A stretch of DNA of 64,000 nucleotides from an uncultured Chloroflexia bacterium (GTDB lineage Bacteria; Chloroflexota; Chloroflexia; DTKN01). Below, piece after piece: positions 57,032 to 64,000 of the stretch. The position numbers and the translations under genes are program-made. Below the pieces are notes generated by a model, which was not told the DNA's origin, made no database searches, and saw nothing but the letters and a program-made list of their open reading frames with translations. Each line of letters begins with the position of its first letter. The first letter of the stretch is position 1. The stretch lies in assembly GCA_964592645.1 (NCBI GenBank), contig CAZQFV010000017.1, forward strand, positions 306 through 64,305. The letters run 5' to 3'.

Positions 57032-57622
57032 TTAGGTATAGGACTGCTGGGGCCGCGGCAGTGGACCGCCGACGGGGTCCGCAGTCAGGTAGGTCACGAT
57101 GGTCTCCAGGACGGCGCGGACGCTGGCGGCGTCCTGGGCGACGCAGTGCAGCGGCGGCAGCAGGGCGACGGCGCGGCCTTGTTCCCCAGGGAGGACCAGG
57201 CGAAGCCGCCGGCCGATCTCCTGGGGCGAAAGGGCGCCGGCCAGGTCTTGTTTGTTGGCGATCACAAAGATCGGGACATTGTGGGTCCGCGCGGCAAAGA
57301 AATCGACCATGCCGGCGGCATCGTCCAGGCTTTGGGGATCCTGGCTGTCCACCAGCAACAGGATGCCATGGCACTCGATGATCAGCATTTCCCACAGGAA
57401 GGCGAAGCGGCTCTGCCCGGGCGTCCCGTACAGGTGCAGCGTGACCCCGTCGCGCAGCGTGACGCGCCCAAAGTCCAACGCCACGGTCGTCTGCTCTTTG
57501 ACATGCCGACACGAGTCGGTGTTGACGTCGGTGTTCACGCCGCGGATCTCGTTCACGGCGCGGATAAAGGCCGTCTTGCCGGCGTTGAATGGACCGGTGA
57601 TTACCACCTTGAACGTGGTCAT
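57032..57622 (-). CDS. Small Ras-like GTPase (MglA/COG2229-type)
   Basis: G1 ITGPFNAGKTAF, G3 LYGTPGQ, G4 ANKQD. ATGA overlap with the upstream membrane-protein stop. Confidence 0.85.
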   Translation of the reverse strand: MTTFKVVITGPFNAGKTAFIRAVNEIRGVNTDVNTDSCRHVKEQTTVALDFGRVTLRDGVTLHLYGTPGQSRFAFLWEMLIIECHGILLLVDSQDPQSLDDAAGMVDFFAARTHNVPIFVIANKQDLAGALSPQEIGRRLRLVLPGEQGRAVALLPPLHCVAQDAASVRAVLETIVTYLTADPVGGPLPRPQQSYT

Positions 57623-60072
57623 GCGTTGTTCTCCTGGGAAGGGCGCTGGGGCCGGCGGATCAGCGTCGGGACGATCAGGAAGCTGTTGGCCAGCAGGCCG
57701 GCCCCGAGGGCCAGCCCGACGGCCGTCAGCGTGGGCACGCCGCTGACGGCCAGGGTCAGCGGCGGCAGGGCCAGCGCCAGGTCCTCGACGGCCGGCGCCC
57801 GCCCGATCATCAGGCGCCCCGCGCTCAGGGCCACCAGGGCCACGGCGGCCAGCGCCAGGGCCCCGGTGTCGATCTGCCGCAGCACGGCTGCGGCGACGCC
57901 CAGGCCGGCCGCGGCGCTCAGAATGGCTCCCAGCGCCACCAGCAGTGTCGGGCCCAGGCGGGATAGGGTGCCCCATGCGGCCAACGCCACGGCGACGACG
58001 GCCAGGGCCGCGCCGCGGAGCAGCAGGTCGTTCAGCGCGTGGGCCCGCAGCGCCGCGGCGGTGGTGGACGCGCCGCTCCAGGCCACGGCGCTCTTGACCA
58101 GGGGGCCGCTGCGCAGCCGCTCCGCAACGTCGGCATAGAGGGACTCGACCTCGTCCAGGGTGCGCCGGTCGTAGGGATCGCCCGTCGGGACAAGGGTCAG
58201 ATTGAGCACATTGTTCCGGGCCAGGGACTCACCCCCGCCGGCCGTGGCCGTGACCCATAGCCCCTCGATGTGCCGCAGCTCTTGCCCCAAGGCGGCGATA
58301 TCGGCAGCCATCGCCGCCAGCGCGTCCGCGGAGTTGCCCAGTTGGGCCCGGGCCTGGGCCAGCGTTTCTACTCCCGCGGCGTTGGCCGGGTTGTTCGCCA
58401 GCGCCACGGTCTGCGTGACCGCCTCGCGGAGCGTGTCGGAGGCAGCCTGTAGCTCGGTCACGGCCGATCCCAGCGTGTCCGGCAGCATGCGCAGCGTCGG
58501 CACATGGTCGATACGCGAGGCCACCTCTGGAAACTCGACCGGGATGCGGGCCAGGGCCGCGTTGGCGCCGATCAGGCTGCTCTGCGCCTGCTCCAGGCGA
58601 GCGGCGGCATCGCCCAGGGACAACTGCAGGGGGTCGACATTGGGGATCAGGTCCAACTCGGCCAGGTCTCCGCTCACCTGCGACAGCGCGCCGGACCGGT
58701 TGGTCAGCTCGTTGGTGAGGCTTATCGCGCGGGACTGTAGCCGGGTCAGGACCGGCCGGAGGGTGGCCGAGATCTCGCTGCTGGCCGAGAGCTGCCGCAG
58801 GGCGGCGTCCCCTTCGACGGCGGCCAGGGCCGGCCGCGCCCGCAGGTCGGCGACCAGGCTCTGCAGCTCGGCGATGGTCGCCGGGGTAAAGTTGGACTCT
58901 GCGGCCTGGATCGACATGCGCAGGGGCAGGAGCCGGCCGGGGGCCACCGGGTCGTCCGCGGCGGCGCCGGATGAGAGCAGCAGCCGGTAGCCGGCGGCGG
59001 CGTCCGCGCGCGGGGCCACGCTGTCGATCGGATGCGCGGTGGGGATGAGCCACAGGAACCCGGCGATGGGCAGCAGGGCCAGCAGCAGGCGGACCCAGGG
59101 CCGCAGCACCTTGCCGGGGGATGGCTGGAGCCGCGGCCGGGGAGACAGCAGGGCGGCCAGGGCGGGCGACGCGCTCAGGCTGACGGCGCCCGCCACGAGC
59201 AGCCCCGTCAGGATAGCGGCCCCGGCGCGGTAGTCGAACAGGAACCCGGCCAGCCCGACGATGGCTACAAAGGCCTGCACCAGCGTCATCTCGCCCGCCA
59301 TCACCAGGATGCTCTGCAGGGGAGAGGCGGTGTCGCCCGGCGCGGCCGTCTCGCGTTCGCCCTCCGGGGCGCTTTCCGCCAGGTTGCGTGGGGTAAAGGG
59401 CGTGCGGCTCGTGAACGGAGTGGCCACGACCAGGCGCGCCGCGCCCGCCCCGGCCAGGCCGGCGCTGATCGCGGTGGCCAGGGCCGTGGGCAGGGCGGGC
59501 GCCACCAGTGCGGCGAGCGCGCCGGTCACGGCGCCGGCGATGCCCGCGCTGATGACGACGACGGCCTTGTGCCCCACCCCAAACCGGCCCGGCAGGGTCG
59601 CCAGCGCCGTGAGGGCGACGATGCTCATCAGCACCCACGGCCGGCTCTGCTGCCAAGCGTCGACCGAGTCTTGGGCCAGGGCCGCCGCCCCGGTCACGTG
59701 GCTCTCCAGTCCGGGCGGTCCCCCCTGCAGCCGGGCGCGCAGCAGGGGAATCTCTCCTTCCGGCACCATGGCGGCGAGGACCGCCGTTGCCCCGGAGCGC
59801 GAGACGGAAGACTCGATCGACCGGTCGGCAGCGGCGGGGTCGGCGGCGATCTTGGCGATCTCGGCTTGGTCGTCCGGGGTGAGCCCATCGGGGCGGTGAA
59901 AGACGAGCAGCGTGGGCTCCGCCGCCGGGCCCAAGGTGCGCAGCAGGTTGTTCTCGGCGGCCCCGGCGGACCATGCGGGCAGTTGAGGGCGGGGCGAGAA
60001 AAAGATCGCCAGGACGAGCAGGAGCAACCAGACGATCACGATGACCAGGGGACGCCATTGACGGAGCATCAT
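57619..60072 (-). CDS. MMPL-like large membrane protein with a central helical extracytoplasmic region
   Basis: An N-terminal TM helix, then a soluble domain, then two Ala/Gly/Leu-rich TM bundles. A roughly 330-aa alpha-helical insert separates the bundles. The functional call is tentative. Confidence 0.6.
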   Translation of the reverse strand: MMLRQWRPLVIVIVWLLLLVLAIFFSPRPQLPAWSAGAAENNLLRTLGPAAEPTLLVFHRPDGLTPDDQAEIAKIAADPAAADRSIESSVSRSGATAVLAAMVPEGEIPLLRARLQGGPPGLESHVTGAAALAQDSVDAWQQSRPWVLMSIVALTALATLPGRFGVGHKAVVVISAGIAGAVTGALAALVAPALPTALATAISAGLAGAGAARLVVATPFTSRTPFTPRNLAESAPEGERETAAPGDTASPLQSILVMAGEMTLVQAFVAIVGLAGFLFDYRAGAAILTGLLVAGAVSLSASPALAALLSPRPRLQPSPGKVLRPWVRLLLALLPIAGFLWLIPTAHPIDSVAPRADAAAGYRLLLSSGAAADDPVAPGRLLPLRMSIQAAESNFTPATIAELQSLVADLRARPALAAVEGDAALRQLSASSEISATLRPVLTRLQSRAISLTNELTNRSGALSQVSGDLAELDLIPNVDPLQLSLGDAAARLEQAQSSLIGANAALARIPVEFPEVASRIDHVPTLRMLPDTLGSAVTELQAASDTLREAVTQTVALANNPANAAGVETLAQARAQLGNSADALAAMAADIAALGQELRHIEGLWVTATAGGGESLARNNVLNLTLVPTGDPYDRRTLDEVESLYADVAERLRSGPLVKSAVAWSGASTTAAALRAHALNDLLLRGAALAVVAVALAAWGTLSRLGPTLLVALGAILSAAAGLGVAAAVLRQIDTGALALAAVALVALSAGRLMIGRAPAVEDLALALPPLTLAVSGVPTLTAVGLALGAGLLANSFLIVPTLIRRPQRPSQENNA

Positions 60073-60076
60073 CGGG

Positions 60077-61396
60077 TTAGTTGCTCCCTGCGCTGCGCGA
60101 TACCCACAGCCCATAGAGGGACAGGGTGGCGCCGGAGGCGCGGTCGTCTTCCCAGACGATCAGGAAGCGGGCCGATTCGCTTCCCTGGCCGGCGACGATA
60201 GCCGGCGAGTACTGGTTGTGGCGCTCCGCGACCAGGGCCAGGTTTGTGCCCAGGGGGCGTCCGCTGGACGAGAGCCATTGGCCGTAAATGTCCGCGCCGC
60301 GCTTCTCCAGGTTGCGCAGGTCCTCCCAGACGATCAGGTAGGTGCCGTCCGGGGCAACCGCGACCACCGGTTTGTACTGCGCGGGGCTCTCCAATGAAAT
60401 ATAGATTTTGCCGCCCAGGGGCTGGCCGGCCGGGGAGATGCGGCGGGCGCTGATGTCGTCGTCCCACACGACCAGGTACTCCTGGCTGATTGGGTTGAAC
60501 GCGACCACGGGCGAGTATTGGTAATCCGAGGCCACGGCCACGGCAATCTCGTCGCCCACGGTGTTGCCGGCGGCAGCATCGACGATCCGCCCTACCACGT
60601 CGGTAAAGAACACGGCCGCCTTGCGATTGTCCTGCCACGCTACCAGGCATTGCGGCCGGGCGGTCTCGCATGCCGCCGTGGGGATGAACTGCCCTCCCGA
60701 AGCCGTGCTGACGGCAAACTCCTTCCCCAGGGGCTGTTTTCCGCCGCCCAGCGAACTCGCGCCGTATGTCGGCACGAGCCGGGCGTAGATATCGGGTTCG
60801 CCCGCGGCGCGCCCATCCTGCCAGACGACGAGATAGCCGTCGGCCGCGGCCACATAGGCGGCAGTGGGCCGCAGCTGCTCCCCGGCGGCGGCGGCCAGGG
60901 CAAAGGCCGCGCCCAGGGGCTGCCCCTTGGCATCCAGGTAGCAGGCATAGATGTCGGCGGTCGTGTCTCCCTGGTTTTGCCAAACGACCAGGTACCCGCC
61001 ATGCTCGGGGTCGGCGGCGACAAAGGGCAGGGTCTGATCTCCTGGGCCGTCGGCGATCACTTGTATCTTGCCAGGCGTAACCCCGTCTGCGCCCAGCCGT
61101 AGCCCAAAGACGCCCATCCCGGCGGTGCCGCGGCTGTACCACACGATCATCCCGTCGGCGGCGACGGATGGGCGGTAGAGGTCGGTCGCTCCCATGGCGA
61201 TCGATATCTCGCGGTCCTGCGCCGGAGGCAGGTGCAGGGGTTCCTTGATCTCGACGCCGGGGTCGGGATACTCCAGCCGTCCCCCATCCGCGGCGCGATT
61301 GGTCCCGGTAAGCTTGCCGGCCGCGCCGGTCGCGCCGGGCATGAGGAGGAACAAGCACAGTCCGGTGAGCAGCAAGTGGCCAAACCGCATCTTCAT
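60077..61396 (-). CDS. Secreted repeat protein (about 7 units of a 'YLVVW.D....DIY' blade-like repeat)
   Basis: Signal peptide MKMRFGHLLLTGLCLFLLMPGATGAAG. Repeats include GYLVVWQNQGDTTADIYA, GYLVVWQDGRAAGEPDIYA, EYLVVWDDDI, TYLIVWEDLRNLEKRGADIYG and RFLIVWEDDR. Confidence 0.75.
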   Translation of the reverse strand: MKMRFGHLLLTGLCLFLLMPGATGAAGKLTGTNRAADGGRLEYPDPGVEIKEPLHLPPAQDREISIAMGATDLYRPSVAADGMIVWYSRGTAGMGVFGLRLGADGVTPGKIQVIADGPGDQTLPFVAADPEHGGYLVVWQNQGDTTADIYACYLDAKGQPLGAAFALAAAAGEQLRPTAAYVAAADGYLVVWQDGRAAGEPDIYARLVPTYGASSLGGGKQPLGKEFAVSTASGGQFIPTAACETARPQCLVAWQDNRKAAVFFTDVVGRIVDAAAGNTVGDEIAVAVASDYQYSPVVAFNPISQEYLVVWDDDISARRISPAGQPLGGKIYISLESPAQYKPVVAVAPDGTYLIVWEDLRNLEKRGADIYGQWLSSSGRPLGTNLALVAERHNQYSPAIVAGQGSESARFLIVWEDDRASGATLSLYGLWVSRSAGSN

Positions 61397-61410
61397 CGGG
61401 TTTCCCCTTG

Positions 61411-64000
61411 TCATTTCGGCTCTACGGGAAGAAGGCTGAAGAGCGCCGCGTTGCATACAGCGCATCTTCCCTTGACCGCACGATGGCCGTCGGGCATGGT
61501 GAACTCGTGCTTGCCCACGAGGGAGCGATAGGTATGGCAGTTGAGGCAATAGACTTTCTGTCCCTCGCCTGCAGCCTGGTCCTCGGGGGCTTCACGGCGG
61601 CTCGCGGCGCGCTGCTCCGTGAGCAGGCGGCTGGCGCGCAGCTCCGCGGTCAACTGGGCAATCTGGGCCCGCGCGCTGTCGAGCTCTGACGAGAGCCGCC
61701 CCAGGGCGGCTTGGGCTGGTTCCTGCTCCTGGCGGAGGCGCTCGACCTCGGCCAGCAGTTGGCTGCGCTCCGCGGCCAGGTGCTCGGCAGCGGCGGCCGC
61801 CAAGCTCTGGCTGGAAGCCAACTTGGCGGCCTGCTGGCGGAGGGACTGCAGGTCGGCGGTCGCCTGGGCATGCTGTGTCCGGACGGCCCCCAGCTCCGCG
61901 GCGAGCCGGCCGATGGTGGCCTGGGCCTCGGCCTGGGAGGTGGCCTGCTGTAGGCGCAGCTGTTCGATCTTGGCCAGCAGTTGGCTGCGCTCGGCGGCGA
62001 ACTGCTCGGCGCCGGCCGCGGCCCTGGTTTGTCCGGAAGCCTGGTCGGCGGCTCGCTGGCGCGCGGCCTGGAGGTCGTTGGTTAGCTGGGCGATCTGGAA
62101 ACGGGCGGCCTGGAGTTCGGCGGATGAGCGCTCGGCGGCAGACTGCGCTTCCCGCAGGGCCGCGTCCCGCTCGGAGCGGAGCTGCTCGACCTGGGCGGCC
62201 ATCCGGCCGCGTTCGTCCGCCCATTGCTCGGCGGCCGCCGCGGCTTGGTCCTTGGCCGCGGCCAGGTTCGCGATCTGTTCCCGTGCGGCCTGCAAGTCGG
62301 CGGCAAGCTCCGCTTCCCGGTCCCGGGCACCCTGGAGTTCTGTCACCAGGCGCTCGACGGCGGCCTGGTTCTCTTGCTGGGCGGCCGCCTGCTCCGACCG
62401 GAGGCGCTCGGCCTCCACCAGCAGCAGGTTTCGTTCGCCCACCAGGTTCTCGGTTGTGGCCGCGGCCTTGGTCTGCTGGGTGCTCAGGTCGGCAATCTGG
62501 CGGTGGGCGGAGGCGAGTTCCGTGGTGAGTCGCCCCACCTGGTCCCGCGCGGCGGACAGTTCGGCCATAAGTTGGCCGGTCGTCGCCTGGGCCTCCTGCT
62601 CTGCCGTGGCCCCTTTGTCCTGCAGCAGCGCCATATTGGCCAGGAGTTGGTCCCTCTCGGCGGCGAGTTGTTTGGCGGCGGCCGCGGCCGACTCCTGGGC
62701 GGCGGTGAGTTCGGAGACGCGGGTGAGGCTGTCGTCCAGGTCGGCCGTCAACTGGGCAATGGCCGCCTGGGCGGTCTCGAGTTCGGCGGCGAGCCGGCCG
62801 CCCTCGGCCTGGGCCGCGGACCGCGCGGCGTCCAGGTCGGCTTGCAGTTCCGCGATGCGGGCCTGGAGTTGCTCTCTTTCGGCCTCGCTTGCCTCCCGGC
62901 CGGCGGTGAGCTCGGAGAGGCGCGCGCGGCTGTCGTCCAGGTCGGCCGTCAACTGGGCAATGGCCGCCTGGGCGGCGTCGAGCTCGGCGGCGAGCCGGCC
63001 GCCCTCGGCCTGGGCCGCGGACCGCGCGGCGTCCAGGTCGGCTTGCAGCTCCGCGATGCGGGCCTGCAGTTGCTCTCTTTCGGCGGCGGCTTGCGCGGCG
63101 GCGGCCTGCGCGGCGGCGGCCACGGCCGCCTCCCGGTCGGCGGTCAGCTCGGCGACATGCTGCTGCTCTTTTTGCAGGTCGGCGGACATTTGGGCGATCT
63201 GCGCCCGGACGCGCTCGAGCTCCGCCGTCAGTTCCTCCTGGCGGGCCTGGGCGGCTTGCTGCGCCGCGGTCCCCTCTTCCCGCAACAGTTCTATTTTAGC
63301 CAGCAGTTGGGCCCGCTCGGCGCTGAGCCGTTCGGCGGTCACCGCGGCCTCGCTCTGGTTGGCGACCAGGTCGGCTATCCGCTGCTGGGCCGTCTGCAGA
63401 TCGCTGGCCAGTTGATCGATCTGCGCCTGGGCGGCCGTCAGCTCGGCGGTGCGCGCGTCCAGCTTGCCCTGCACCTGTTGAAGGGCCGCGGCATGCTCGG
63501 CGCGCGCCCGTGCCAGTTGATCCTGCGACGCCAGTTGGTCCTGGGCGTTTTGGGCGCGCAGTTGCTCGATCTCGGCCTGGAGCTGGTCGCACTCGGCCAT
63601 GGCCCTGTCTGCGGCGGCCTGGGCCTGCGTTGCCGCGGCCCGGGCCTGCAGTATGGCCTGGTTCTCCGCCTCGACGATGCGGACGAACGTCTGTCGCGCC
63701 GCCAGGGCCTGTGGGGTGAGCTGCTGGGCGACAAGGCCGTCGGCCTCGCCCGGGGTGATGCCCATGCCGGAAAGCAGTTGGTCCAGTTCCTCTATAGTAG
63801 GATGCTCGCTGCGCAGGCGGAGGGGATTGAGCTTGCGCCCGGCGGTGGCGGGCACGTCGGTCAGGATGTTGCCGCGCACAAAGCCGCCGGGTTCGACGCG
63901 CAGGCTCTGTGAGCGGATATAGCCCCAGACCCGGCCGTTGGCCCCCACTTCGACATGCTTGGCGCAGATGCTGCCGATGACGGCGCCATAGACGATGACG
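61411..64000 (-). CDS. Bactofilin-domain + roughly 700-aa coiled coil + C-terminal zinc-ribbon protein; partial, the 5' end lies beyond the window
   Basis: The frame stays open to nt 64000. It reads ...VIVYGAVIGSICAKHVEVGANGRVWGYIRSQSLRVEPGGFVRGNI (bactofilin-like beta-helix repeats). Long Q/A/E/L heptad-rich sequence follows, ending in CLNCH...CAVC. Confidence 0.8.
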   Translation of the reverse strand, partial: VIVYGAVIGSICAKHVEVGANGRVWGYIRSQSLRVEPGGFVRGNILTDVPATAGRKLNPLRLRSEHPTIEELDQLLSGMGITPGEADGLVAQQLTPQALAARQTFVRIVEAENQAILQARAAATQAQAAADRAMAECDQLQAEIEQLRAQNAQDQLASQDQLARARAEHAAALQQVQGKLDARTAELTAAQAQIDQLASDLQTAQQRIADLVANQSEAAVTAERLSAERAQLLAKIELLREEGTAAQQAAQARQEELTAELERVRAQIAQMSADLQKEQQHVAELTADREAAVAAAAQAAAAQAAAEREQLQARIAELQADLDAARSAAQAEGGRLAAELDAAQAAIAQLTADLDDSRARLSELTAGREASEAEREQLQARIAELQADLDAARSAAQAEGGRLAAELETAQAAIAQLTADLDDSLTRVSELTAAQESAAAAAKQLAAERDQLLANMALLQDKGATAEQEAQATTGQLMAELSAARDQVGRLTTELASAHRQIADLSTQQTKAAATTENLVGERNLLLVEAERLRSEQAAAQQENQAAVERLVTELQGARDREAELAADLQAAREQIANLAAAKDQAAAAAEQWADERGRMAAQVEQLRSERDAALREAQSAAERSSAELQAARFQIAQLTNDLQAARQRAADQASGQTRAAAGAEQFAAERSQLLAKIEQLRLQQATSQAEAQATIGRLAAELGAVRTQHAQATADLQSLRQQAAKLASSQSLAAAAAEHLAAERSQLLAEVERLRQEQEPAQAALGRLSSELDSARAQIAQLTAELRASRLLTEQRAASRREAPEDQAAGEGQKVYCLNCHTYRSLVGKHEFTMPDGHRAVKGRCAVCNAALFSLLPVEPK
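62690..63095 (-). repeat. Tandem 201-bp (67-codon) near-identical duplication inside the coiled-coil gene
   Basis: AEREQLQARIAELQADLDAARSAAQAEGGRLAAEL[D/E][A/T]AQAAIAQLTADLDDS... occurs twice back to back. The DNA anchor GTCGTCCAGGTCGGCCGTCAACTGGGCAATGGCCGCCTGGGCGG starts at 62731 and again at 62932. Confidence 0.85.

Noticed and set aside
57012-57976. ORFs 57012..57512 (-), 57032..57976 (long version) and 56747..58138 (+)
   Set aside because: Only the 196-aa segment starting at MTTFKVVITGPFNAGKT has GTPase motifs and an RBS. The remaining parts are Arg/Pro/Gly-rich and overlap the MMPL-like gene.
61619-63912. Possible CRISPR or other non-coding repeat array, and plus-strand ORFs 61619..63415 and 62224..63912
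   Set aside because: The periodicity is explained by coding repeats of the minus-strand coiled-coil protein (67-codon units). There are no short identical repeats separated by unique spacers. The plus-strand ORFs are antisense Ser/Ala/Arg-rich artefacts.

Overview
High-GC bacterial chromosomal segment, probably Chloroflexota (inferred from a DUF2298 'Chlor_Arch_YYY'-type membrane protein). The backbone is housekeeping. It includes a site-2 protease, yceD-rpmF-fabH-fabD-fabG, ppa, a second SDR, folC, DUF58, a GAF histidine kinase, MerR, a GT4 transferase, an epimerase, an MCP and iorAB. It also holds a small redox cluster whose glutaredoxin-PDZ gene has an in-frame TGA at the first CxxC cysteine, and a Roadblock/GTPase/MMPL/bactofilin cluster. 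Two tRNA-linked accessory islands carry the unusual content. Island 1 (nt 1 to about 8050, next to tRNA-Asp) encodes a NACHT-FGE STAND NTPase, a SIR2-CHAT dual-effector protein and a trypco2 protein. The NTPase and the effector share a roughly 70-aa helical adaptor module, and the island is flanked by transposase and serine-recombinase remnants. Island 2 (about 29-47 kb, next to tRNA-Asn) has sigma/transposase remnants, an AT-richer ankyrin/lipoprotein segment and a translationally coupled 7-gene operon. That operon is SNF2-DUF3883 helicase, DUF1156 methyltransferase and DUF499 ATPase, interleaved with two paralogous ABC-type ATPase + DUF4276/Toprim-like gene pairs. Many long ORFs in the track are antisense or out-of-frame artefacts of high GC and were not called. 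All calls rest on motif recognition by eye; no searches were run.
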